In this document: positions 8,589-16,634 of the stretch, piece by piece
Layout: each line of letters opens with the position of its first letter
How positions within the stretch are numbered: the stretch's first letter is position 1
Origin: Promethearchaeia archaeon
Lineage (GTDB): Archaea > Asgardarchaeota > Lokiarchaeia > Sigyniarchaeales > SOKP01
Assembly: GCA_046483985.1 (NCBI GenBank)
Contig: JAWOCD010000077.1
Span: 1 to 29,402, forward strand
Direction of reading: 5' to 3'
Length of the DNA: 29,402 nucleotides
The notes under the pieces: model-generated
Told to the model about the DNA's origin: nothing
Seen by the model: the letters and a program-made list of their open reading frames with translations, nothing else
Databases searched by the model: none
Program-made: the position numbers and the translations under genes

Positions 8589-9481
8589 TTCTTTATAATT
8601 CGGGGGTCCTCTGAGAGGATATCTATTACCTTAAATGCGCTCTTCTCCTTATCCTTGATTTCTAACATCAAGTCAAAATCGAAATCTATAGTTTTTTTCG
8701 TAAACTCTTTAAAATTCTCAATATTCATATGTTCGGAATGGCTTGGTTTCCCTTTAGTCGGATGTTCATCACTATAATGGACAATGGGAATTCCATCTCT
8801 TTCTTTCCACGTTCCTGAGAATCTTTCAAAGGCTTTCTTTACAGATTCACCCGAACTATTACATTTGTGATGATATATATCGAAAATTACGGGTATTCCG
8901 GTTTGCTGATGGATGTCTAAACAATTCTTTAGGTTGTAGCTTTTGTCATCGTTTTCGATTACCAACCGGTTTTTAATGTGAGATTCGTAGGCAAAATATC
9001 GATCGATAAACCGTTGTTTGCTCTTGCTTTTGTTCCCATATACTCCACCTACATGGACTTGTACCTTTGCCGCAGAATCCAAGTCCATTAGGTCGAGCAC
9101 TTGTACATGATATTCTATATCCTTTAAGCTTTTCAGAAAGACTTCCTTCCGGTTTGAGTTTAAAACCGTGTATTGACCCGGATGCATGGTAATGCGCATC
9201 TTATGTTCTTTGATGAAAGACCCGATTTGTTCAAATTCCGGTTTGAAGATATCTTGCCATGACACATCCATAACTTCATGAGACGCGAACGGGATTAAAT
9301 CAGAAGTTATCCGGAAAAACATCATGTTGTGTTCCGCATTAAATCGAAGGATTTTTCGCAAGCATTCCAAATTACCTCTAATTGTAGAGATTACTCTTTC
9401 TCTTGAATAATTCTTCAAGCGAAAGGTACGACTGCTCCTGCACTCAAGCGATGGATTGATACACGGATATCCAATTTTCAT
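8585..9481 (-). CDS. uvsE: UV DNA damage repair endonuclease UvsE/UvdE
   Basis: KIGYPCIN, FFRITSDLIPFASH, MHPGQYTVLNS, VHVGGVYG, IENDDK, FDIYHH and MLEIKDKE motifs. Overlaps the convergent MBL gene by 4 bp. Confidence 0.95.
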   Translation of the reverse strand: MKIGYPCINPSLECRSSRTFRLKNYSRERVISTIRGNLECLRKILRFNAEHNMMFFRITSDLIPFASHEVMDVSWQDIFKPEFEQIGSFIKEHKMRITMHPGQYTVLNSNRKEVFLKSLKDIEYHVQVLDLMDLDSAAKVQVHVGGVYGNKSKSKQRFIDRYFAYESHIKNRLVIENDDKSYNLKNCLDIHQQTGIPVIFDIYHHKCNSSGESVKKAFERFSGTWKERDGIPIVHYSDEHPTKGKPSHSEHMNIENFKEFTKKTIDFDFDLMLEIKDKEKSAFKVIDILSEDPRIIKN

Positions 9482-9630
9482 TTTATAAGGTTATGCTTGT
9501 TTATATGATAGAATAGAATTACTGAAAAGAATCTTTAGGTTATGAAATATAGATAACATCCCGTAATTTTTTTTTAGAAATTTTTAAAAAATGAAAGATT
9601 CTATTCTATACATACGCAAGGTATTATGAA

Positions 9631-10821
9631 ATGGAAGAAAATTTTGATATTTGTATCGTTGGAGCAAGTATTGCGGGAAACTATTTGAGTTATTTACTTT
9701 CCCGAAGTGATCTCAAGGTTGCGGTCATAGAAGAGCATACAAAAATCGGTCAACCGCTCCAATGTGCTGGTATTGTCTCTCAAAAACTAGATAAATTAAT
9801 TGACTTATCCCCGGATACAATATTAAATAGAGTTCAGACCGCACGGGTAGTTTCACCTTCGGGGAGATATATAGATTTATCAGGAAAAGAAAGACCGTTT
9901 ATAGTGGACCGCGTTGCCCTCGATAAATGTTTTTACGAGAAGGCGAAGAAATGCAAGAATATCTCCTTTTTCTTGGGTGAAAAATTCAAGGAATTTGCGT
10001 ATGAACTACAAAACGGAGAAAAAAGCGTAGTACTCAAAACATCTAAGCGTCTATTGCGTGCATCCTTACTTGTTGGATGTGACGGCCCCTTTTCATCTGT
10101 GGCAAAACAAGTAGGCGTCAGGAACAAGAATATTTATGCAACTCAGATGCGAATAAAAGCGCCCTTTGATGAGGATCAAGCATTGATGTATTTTGACCCG
10201 CGATGGAAGGAATTGTTTGGGTGGGTAGTTCCGGAAGGAAACGGAATCTGTAGAGTTGGATTGGCATCCGCTGAAAACCCTGCACGAAATTATAGGCGTT
10301 TTTTAAATGCTTTAAATCTCCAATCCAAAGAAAAGCTTGATGCACAAGGCGGGGCAATACCTTATGGCATTATGAATAAATGTGCGTTTGACAATGTATT
10401 ACTTTTGGGGGATTCCGCTGGTCAAGTAAAGGCAACTACAGGCGGTGGGCTGGTAATGCTATTAACTGCAGCAAAGATTGCCAGCGCTTGTATTATTAAA
10501 TGCTTTCAAAAACAAAACTTTTCGAGAAGATTTCTGCGACGTCATTATGAGCAACCTTGTGAAGCAACGATCGGTAGAGAATTGAAAATCCATTTTCTCA
10601 TCAGAATGATCTTCGAAAAATTTGACATAAGTGATTACGATACCTTTTTTCAAATTATTAAGAGTACAAACATTGAAGATATTATCTCTTTATACGGGGA
10701 TATGGATTTTCCCCGGGAATTAATCTTTAAACTTTTAGGAAACAGCCATGTTATTAAATTTCTTTTACGATTTCTCCGAAAAAATCCTTCATTCTTTTTT
10801 AAATTGTTTAAGCTTATTTAG
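9631..10821 (+). CDS. Geranylgeranyl reductase family FAD-dependent oxidoreductase (DGGGPL reductase-like)
   Basis: IVGASIAG dinucleotide-binding motif, LQCAGIVS, GCDG, FGWVVP and LGDSAGQVKATTGGG. Confidence 0.88.
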   Translation: MEENFDICIVGASIAGNYLSYLLSRSDLKVAVIEEHTKIGQPLQCAGIVSQKLDKLIDLSPDTILNRVQTARVVSPSGRYIDLSGKERPFIVDRVALDKCFYEKAKKCKNISFFLGEKFKEFAYELQNGEKSVVLKTSKRLLRASLLVGCDGPFSSVAKQVGVRNKNIYATQMRIKAPFDEDQALMYFDPRWKELFGWVVPEGNGICRVGLASAENPARNYRRFLNALNLQSKEKLDAQGGAIPYGIMNKCAFDNVLLLGDSAGQVKATTGGGLVMLLTAAKIASACIIKCFQKQNFSRRFLRRHYEQPCEATIGRELKIHFLIRMIFEKFDISDYDTFFQIIKSTNIEDIISLYGDMDFPRELIFKLLGNSHVIKFLLRFLRKNPSFFFKLFKLI

Positions 10822-10848
10822 ATTAAAGATTTTATTTCCGAAAGTGAA

Positions 10849-11018
10849 ATGTCAAGAGAAGGACAATTAGCGATTCCAGAGGAATTTAAAAAAAACTCAA
10901 TCATTCAGGCAAGAAATGAAACTTTTATCTATTAGCAAGAAGGAAAATGGTAATAAAACCTAAAGTGAGGAATTTAAAGATTCTTAAGGGGCTAAAGATT
11001 CTTAAGCGAGGAAATTGA
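10849..11018 (+). pseudogene. Decayed AbrB/MazE/SpoVT-family DNA-binding (antitoxin-like) gene
   Basis: ATG 10849 reads MSREGQLAIPEEFKK (family pattern S-x-x-GQ-x-x-IP-x-E-x-R). Frameshifts and stops follow, then KMVIKPKV in another frame. Confidence 0.55.
10975..11006 (+). repeat. Direct repeat TAAAGATTCTTAAG x2 (period 18 bp)
   Basis: Copies at 10975-10988 and 10993-11006. Confidence 0.8.
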
Positions 11019-11166
11019 TTTAGAGAAAGATATAGATTTTTTAATTAAATTGTATTTGGGATTAGGACGTTATATTTTAAAATATGAATCGTAATTTTTA
11101 AAAATCAGATGTGAATTATATTAGATTAGAACCTTTAGAAAAATCATACAAGGTGATTGAATATAA

Positions 11167-12327
11167 ATGAATGAAATTCAAGAAAAAAATTCAAACTCCT
11201 CAGAGACTAGCCTAGAAAAAGACGTAGAGGAACAAAAACGGTTACGGTGGATTGATCAAGGGAGAGGGCTTGTTATGTTCTTATTGGTATTTACCATAAC
11301 TTTTCCCCCCGAAAAGTTTCGAAAGTTGAGCGAGAATATCGTTTTGCATTTTTTATTTGGACATGCGGGAACTCACGCTACATATATGACGCTGTTTGAT
11401 GTGGGCGCTGCCGCTTTTATTTTTGTACTAGGTTTAAGCATGGCAATCTCATATTCAAAAAGAGTTAAAAGAACTGGGAAAATGGCTACACTAAAGCACC
11501 TACTGGTTCGTTATGTCATTTTAGCATTATTGGGGTTCCTCATAGTTTTTGTTGTTTATGGTGGAATTTATAACGCAGATGATGGAGTTATCTATTGGGA
11601 CGTAATTCCGGCGATCGCAGTGGCAGGAATTGTTTCTATCCCCTTCCTTCTTATCAGGTCGCTAAAGTTGAGGTTGATAGTCGGATATGGGTGGCTCTTA
11701 TTGTACCAAATTTTGATGCTTTTTGCAGGATTAAGGACTTATGCAATCAATTCAGTCCACGGGGGCATTTTTGGCTCCATTTTTGGCTATGCCGCATGTG
11801 GTATAATCGCTACTGCGTTAGGAGATTTAATGTGGACCGCCGATGTACAAAAGAATAAGAAATTCCAGAACATGCTTTTATTAGGAGCAGTCAATTTGAT
11901 TTTGGGTGTACTGCTAAGCTTCATTCCTGGATGGGAACCCTCAAAACGGCAAGTATCGCTCACTCATATTATGATCTCTATCGGGTTAACCGTATTGGGG
12001 CTTAGTGTTTTTTGGTATCTAGACGAAAAATTAGATAAGGATATAACTTATTTAAGAGCGTATGGAATGAATCCATTCCTAATCTATGTTTTAGTCTTGA
12101 TTCCAGATACGATTTTTATTGATGTTCTCGGATTATATGATGCGAATACGAGCTGGTTATGGTGTACCCTCTTTATGGTAATATATTTGGCTTATACCTC
12201 AGTTATTGCTTTATGGCTCTATAAAAGGAGAAAGAGAGTTACCACATTGAAGGCTGCTATTATCACCATTCTGGCCATCGTGGCATTAGCAGTTATCTTG
12301 ATTTTTGGCTTGGGCCTTGATATTTAA
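11167..12327 (+). CDS. HGSNAT/NagX-like (heparan-alpha-glucosaminide N-acetyltransferase family) polytopic membrane acyltransferase
   Basis: RLRWIDQGRG, then FGHAG...MTLFDVGAAAFIFVLGLSM (family H...T-x-x-D-x-x-x-x-x-F-x-F-x-x-G), EPSKRQVS and YGMNP; about 11 hydrophobic segments. Confidence 0.75.
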   Translation: MNEIQEKNSNSSETSLEKDVEEQKRLRWIDQGRGLVMFLLVFTITFPPEKFRKLSENIVLHFLFGHAGTHATYMTLFDVGAAAFIFVLGLSMAISYSKRVKRTGKMATLKHLLVRYVILALLGFLIVFVVYGGIYNADDGVIYWDVIPAIAVAGIVSIPFLLIRSLKLRLIVGYGWLLLYQILMLFAGLRTYAINSVHGGIFGSIFGYAACGIIATALGDLMWTADVQKNKKFQNMLLLGAVNLILGVLLSFIPGWEPSKRQVSLTHIMISIGLTVLGLSVFWYLDEKLDKDITYLRAYGMNPFLIYVLVLIPDTIFIDVLGLYDANTSWLWCTLFMVIYLAYTSVIALWLYKRRKRVTTLKAAIITILAIVALAVILIFGLGLDI

Positions 12328-12497
12328 GCTTATACTTTAAAGAAGATTAAATTTTTTTTTATTTTACCACTAAAGAGTTTATTTAGTTCGAAAAGAAATC
12401 AAATCTTAAATGCTGAAAACCGTTCTTGTCCTAATTACAATAATTCCATAAATACCGAAAATGAGATATAATATAACCTTTCTAATTTTTTGAATGT

Positions 12498-12854
12498 CTA
12501 TGCGATGGTTGGTTTAGTAAGCGAGAAAAATGCTATCTCATTAAACATAAGATACCAAAAAACCATTAAACCAATAATGAAAATCACAGATATTAATCCA
12601 AAGCCCTTTACGCCTTTTGAGATTCCCATATCTTCATTCTTCCGCTGAACGATAGCTCTTACCATTGCGACAAAATAGATCAGCGAAATCAAGATTGTGA
12701 CAATGTATACAAATAATGATAGTAGGGCGTACGTATATAAGGTTTCATTCAGCCACTCCCAATAAATGATAATCAGATAGGTTGGGATGGTGATATAGAT
12801 AATACACGCAAAGAAAAAGACGACCGCCCATGCATATCCTTTTACTGCTGACAT
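12498..12854 (-). CDS. Small hypothetical membrane protein (3 TM)
   Basis: 118-aa ORF with three hydrophobic segments, filling an otherwise non-coding gap. Confidence 0.75.
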   Translation of the reverse strand: MSAVKGYAWAVVFFFACIIYITIPTYLIIIYWEWLNETLYTYALLSLFVYIVTILISLIYFVAMVRAIVQRKNEDMGISKGVKGFGLISVIFIIGLMVFWYLMFNEIAFFSLTKPTIA

Positions 12855-13041
12855 AAAGAATCAATTTTAATTTGTAATTAGTAATAAAGTAAATACTTCT
12901 TGTTTTAAATTTATTGATCTTATTGTATTTATTGGTCAGATTTTATCCAATCCAATAATTTATTTCACAAAATTTAGAAAAATATTTAATTTCTTCGAGA
13001 ATTTAATTATGTAGATTGAATGTTATTAATAGGTTTTTCTA

Positions 13042-14190
13042 ATGAATTTTGAGCTCACTGAGAAACAGAAACTAATTAGACGTAGTGTTAGAAAATTTTC
13101 CGAAAATGTATTGGAACCAGTCGCGCCACTCGTGGATAAAGAATTGCGTTTCAGTTGGGAAACTGCTAAGGAACTTTCCGAAATAGACGCGTGGGGAATC
13201 CAATTACCCGAAAAATATGGAGGTGCTGCTTTAAATTCAATAAGTTATGCCATCACAATTGAGGAGATTTCTCGTGTTTGCGCGTCCACAGGACTTAGTC
13301 TCACCGTCCATAATTCGGTTGGGGCATATCCTATTTATAAATGGGGAACCGACGAGCAGAAAGAAAAATATCTCCATGATTTAGCGTCTGGTGATAAAAT
13401 TGCGGGATTTACATGGACTGAACCCAATGCGGGATCAGATGCTGCGGGGATAGAAACCGTGGCAGTGGAGGATGGAGATGATTTTATAATTAATGGCTCT
13501 AAAATTTTTGTAACGAATGGGGGAGTAGCCTCTGTTATGATTGTTGGAAGCCGTTATCAGAAGGAAAACGGCGAGAACGGGCTTGCCGCCTTCATTTTGG
13601 AAAAAGACATGGACGGTTATGAGATCGGAAAAAAGGAGGATAAAATGGGAATGCGCGGCTCAAGTACGACCAGTCTTTATTTTAATGATGTACGGGTCCC
13701 AAAAGAGAATATTCTGGGAGATTTAAGAAGCGGGTTTCGAATTGCAATGCAAACGCTGGATATAGGACGGATTGGCATAGCTGCCCAAGCGCTTGGAATC
13801 GCTCAAGCCGCATATGAACAGTCTGTGGAATATTCCAAAGGAAGAGTCCAATTCGACCGACCGATATCCAAATTTCAAGGCGTTTCATTTAAATTGTCCG
13901 AGATGGCCACTGAAATCGACGCTGCCCGCTTATTAGTTTATCGAGCCGCTTTTAGGAAGGATCAGACTGACAATTTTTCAAAGGAATCTGCAATGTGTAA
14001 ATATTATGCTTCAAAAGTTGCTCGGGAGGCAACCCAAGAGGCAATTCAAGTCCATGGAGGTTATGGCTACATGAAAGATCTACCGTTGGAGAGATACTAT
14101 CGTGATGCAAAAGTATGTGAAATTTATGAAGGGACAAGTGAAATTATGAAACTTATTATAGCTCAACAAATATTGAGGGGGAATTTATAA
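13042..14190 (+). CDS. Acyl-CoA dehydrogenase (short-chain/butyryl-CoA dehydrogenase-like)
   Basis: TEPNAGSDA, NGSKIFVTNG, KMGMRGSST, RVQFDRPI, QVHGGYGY and IYEGTSEI (catalytic Glu). Confidence 0.95.
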   Translation: MNFELTEKQKLIRRSVRKFSENVLEPVAPLVDKELRFSWETAKELSEIDAWGIQLPEKYGGAALNSISYAITIEEISRVCASTGLSLTVHNSVGAYPIYKWGTDEQKEKYLHDLASGDKIAGFTWTEPNAGSDAAGIETVAVEDGDDFIINGSKIFVTNGGVASVMIVGSRYQKENGENGLAAFILEKDMDGYEIGKKEDKMGMRGSSTTSLYFNDVRVPKENILGDLRSGFRIAMQTLDIGRIGIAAQALGIAQAAYEQSVEYSKGRVQFDRPISKFQGVSFKLSEMATEIDAARLLVYRAAFRKDQTDNFSKESAMCKYYASKVAREATQEAIQVHGGYGYMKDLPLERYYRDAKVCEIYEGTSEIMKLIIAQQILRGNL

Positions 14191-15017
14191 TGTTAAATAT
14201 ATATGTACTAATTAAACAAGTTCCAAAAGCCCAGAACTTGCAAATTAATAAAAGAACAGGTGCCTTAATTCGTGAAGGAATTGAAAGTATTATAAACCCA
14301 GATGATATGTATGCTTTGGAGTTGGGGCTAAGTTTGAAAGAAGAATACGGAGGGAAAGTGACTGCAATGACCATGGGACCGCCGCAAGCAGAATCCGCTT
14401 TGCGAGAAGCGCTCGCAATGGGGGTAGATAACGCGATTATTGTCTGCGATTCCGTCTTCGCATATTCAGATACGTTACAAACGACCCTTGTCCTTCGGGA
14501 TTCTCTCCAAGAACTGGGAGATTATGATATTATTATCACGGGAGCGAAAACTTCTGATTCGAGTACGGGACAAGTTCCATATCAATTATCAGAAGCGCTT
14601 GATATACCGCTCATTACCGATATCATTACAATGGAGATAAACGATAAGACACTACATTGTGGAAGAAATTTTGGACACGAGTACCAAGATATTGAGGTGG
14701 AATTGCCGGTGTTATTACGTATCGAAAAACATTTCAATGAGCCCCGGCATATTCCTTTATCGGGTATAAAAAATGCATATGAAGAAGACATTAAGACGCT
14801 CGACTTTGACTCCTTAAGTTGTCCCGATTATATTAATGGGAGCAATAAATCGCCTACCCAAGTAACTAGTACAGAGAGGTTTAAGATTAAACGGAAGAAT
14901 GAAGTAATAGATGGGACACCGCAAGAAAAAATTGACAAAATAATTGAAATTATGCAAGAACATGGCATCGAACGTATTTGGACAGGTGATTCAAACGGAG
15001 GTGGGTCTGATGATTAA
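14190..15017 (+). CDS. etfB: Electron transfer flavoprotein beta subunit (FixA/EtfB)
   Basis: VLIKQVP, LIREG...INPDD, MGPPQA, ALAMGVD and SDTLQT motifs. TAATG overlap with the upstream gene. Confidence 0.93.
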   Translation: MLNIYVLIKQVPKAQNLQINKRTGALIREGIESIINPDDMYALELGLSLKEEYGGKVTAMTMGPPQAESALREALAMGVDNAIIVCDSVFAYSDTLQTTLVLRDSLQELGDYDIIITGAKTSDSSTGQVPYQLSEALDIPLITDIITMEINDKTLHCGRNFGHEYQDIEVELPVLLRIEKHFNEPRHIPLSGIKNAYEEDIKTLDFDSLSCPDYINGSNKSPTQVTSTERFKIKRKNEVIDGTPQEKIDKIIEIMQEHGIERIWTGDSNGGGSDD

Positions 15018-16020
15018 ACCAAGTGAAGCAAATGGAGTTTGGGTCTTTACCGAGATTAAAGACCACGTAAAAGTACATCCCTGTGCCTTAGAGATTTTAA
15101 CCAAAGCCAGGGAATTAGCAGACGAATTAGATCAAGAGCTTGTTGCCGTGACATTAGCATTGGAAACCGAGCAATATCTTGATAAAATTAAAGAATACGG
15201 GGTAGATAAGATAATTTATCTCACCCATCAAGACCTAAAACATTACCATGAACGAATATTTACAAAGCTGGTTTATGAACTCGTCAAAGAATATAAACCG
15301 TCAATCTTTCTCTTTCCGTCTACGGAAACGGGGAATGCGCTTGCAGCTCGAGTTGCCTTTAAATGTAGAACGGGATTAGTCAGTGATGTGTACGATTTGG
15401 CATTGACAGATGATGGGGGAAAAAATCTTCTATTAACTGATAAACCTGCATATGGCGGTAATATTCACGTAAAAATCGTATGTCCGACCACCAGACCCCA
15501 AATGTGCACAATTACCCCAGGCACTTTTAAAAAAAAGAAATTAAAAAAGGAGGATATTGAAATAATTAAAAAAGAATATCACTTCGATAAAAGTAAGATC
15601 AAGATTAAGGTACTTGGACAGCCTACTAGAAAAGATAAGCCCTCCGCCACTCTTTCTGATGCGGACTTTGTGTTAGGTGGGGGACATGGTCTTAAGTCTG
15701 AGGAAAATTTTGAGAAACTGTTCAAGCTGGCAAAATTTACAAATGCTCAAGTAGGAGGAACCCGCCGTCCCATAATTGATGGATGGATGCCCGAGCATCT
15801 TCAAATTGGGGTCAGCGGGGAAACTATCGTCCCAAATTTATATATCGCGTTCGGTATTTCTGGAGCTATTCAACATGTAGTCGGAATAACTGACTCTAAG
15901 ACGATCATCGCCATTAACACGGACCCAAATGCTCCCATTTTTAAAGTTGCGGATTATTGTATATATACGGATGCGAATAAGGTTTTAGAGGGATTATTAG
16001 ATCATTATAAAATTGACTAA
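15010..16020 (+). CDS. etfA: Electron transfer flavoprotein alpha subunit (FixB/EtfA)
   Basis: GVWVFTE, RPQMCT, LQIGVSG, FGISGAIQHVVG and AINTDPNAPIF. ATG 15010 overlaps the etfB end and is preferred over TTG 14944. Confidence 0.93.
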   Translation: MIKPSEANGVWVFTEIKDHVKVHPCALEILTKARELADELDQELVAVTLALETEQYLDKIKEYGVDKIIYLTHQDLKHYHERIFTKLVYELVKEYKPSIFLFPSTETGNALAARVAFKCRTGLVSDVYDLALTDDGGKNLLLTDKPAYGGNIHVKIVCPTTRPQMCTITPGTFKKKKLKKEDIEIIKKEYHFDKSKIKIKVLGQPTRKDKPSATLSDADFVLGGGHGLKSEENFEKLFKLAKFTNAQVGGTRRPIIDGWMPEHLQIGVSGETIVPNLYIAFGISGAIQHVVGITDSKTIIAINTDPNAPIFKVADYCIYTDANKVLEGLLDHYKID

Positions 16021-16050
16021 AAATGAGAACTTCGATTTTTTCTCCCTTTT

Positions 16051-16506
16051 TTAAACCATTTCTTGCTTTAATTGTTTAATTAATTTTCTTTTCTCTTCTT
16101 GACTTAAACTAGATTCGTCTTTTCCAAGTCCAGTGAAAAGATCTGGGTCTTTGTTTTCTTCATTGAATAAGTTCAAAATAAAGATGAGCCCATTTTTGAT
16201 TTTCTCTTGATTTTCACGCCGATTCCCGGCTTCCATTAATCGTAGAATTGATTTATTCTTACAGAACTCTAATTTTTCCGTATTGTTACCAGCTTTATTG
16301 TAACATTCTAGTATTTTGGTATAAAGCCCCAATTCATCATCAACAGGTGAATTATGATTATTATACATCATATTAAGAGGGAACTGAACAAGTTTAAATT
16401 GTTTATTAAAGAAAACATATTCTGGTTTAATAACTGAAGTAATATCGGCATGATATTTAAGGTGAGAAAAGGTCTTAAAAGAAAAAGATTTGCTTTCAGA
16501 ATACAT
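16051..16506 (-). CDS. Hypothetical protein downstream of the HerA-like ATPase
   Basis: 151-aa ORF with no recognised motif. The true N-terminus may be longer. Confidence 0.65.
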   Translation of the reverse strand: MYSESKSFSFKTFSHLKYHADITSVIKPEYVFFNKQFKLVQFPLNMMYNNHNSPVDDELGLYTKILECYNKAGNNTEKLEFCKNKSILRLMEAGNRRENQEKIKNGLIFILNLFNEENKDPDLFTGLGKDESSLSQEEKRKLIKQLKQEMV

Positions 16507-16634
16507 AAATAAAGTAGAATATCGGAGTGGAACCTTTCTAAGAAGGATCTAACAGTTTTTGGATTAAAAAAGGAAGATTTTCAATGTCCTGCTTCTCGTT
16601 GGAGCAAGTTTATTTATATTCCTCCTAAAATCTT

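Noticed and set aside
12407-12500. Hydrophobic peptide (KVILYLIFGIYGIIVI...) as a stop-readthrough extension of the 118-aa membrane protein
   Set aside because: It is not in frame with the TAG at 12498-12500 and has no start codon; likely chance in AT-rich DNA.
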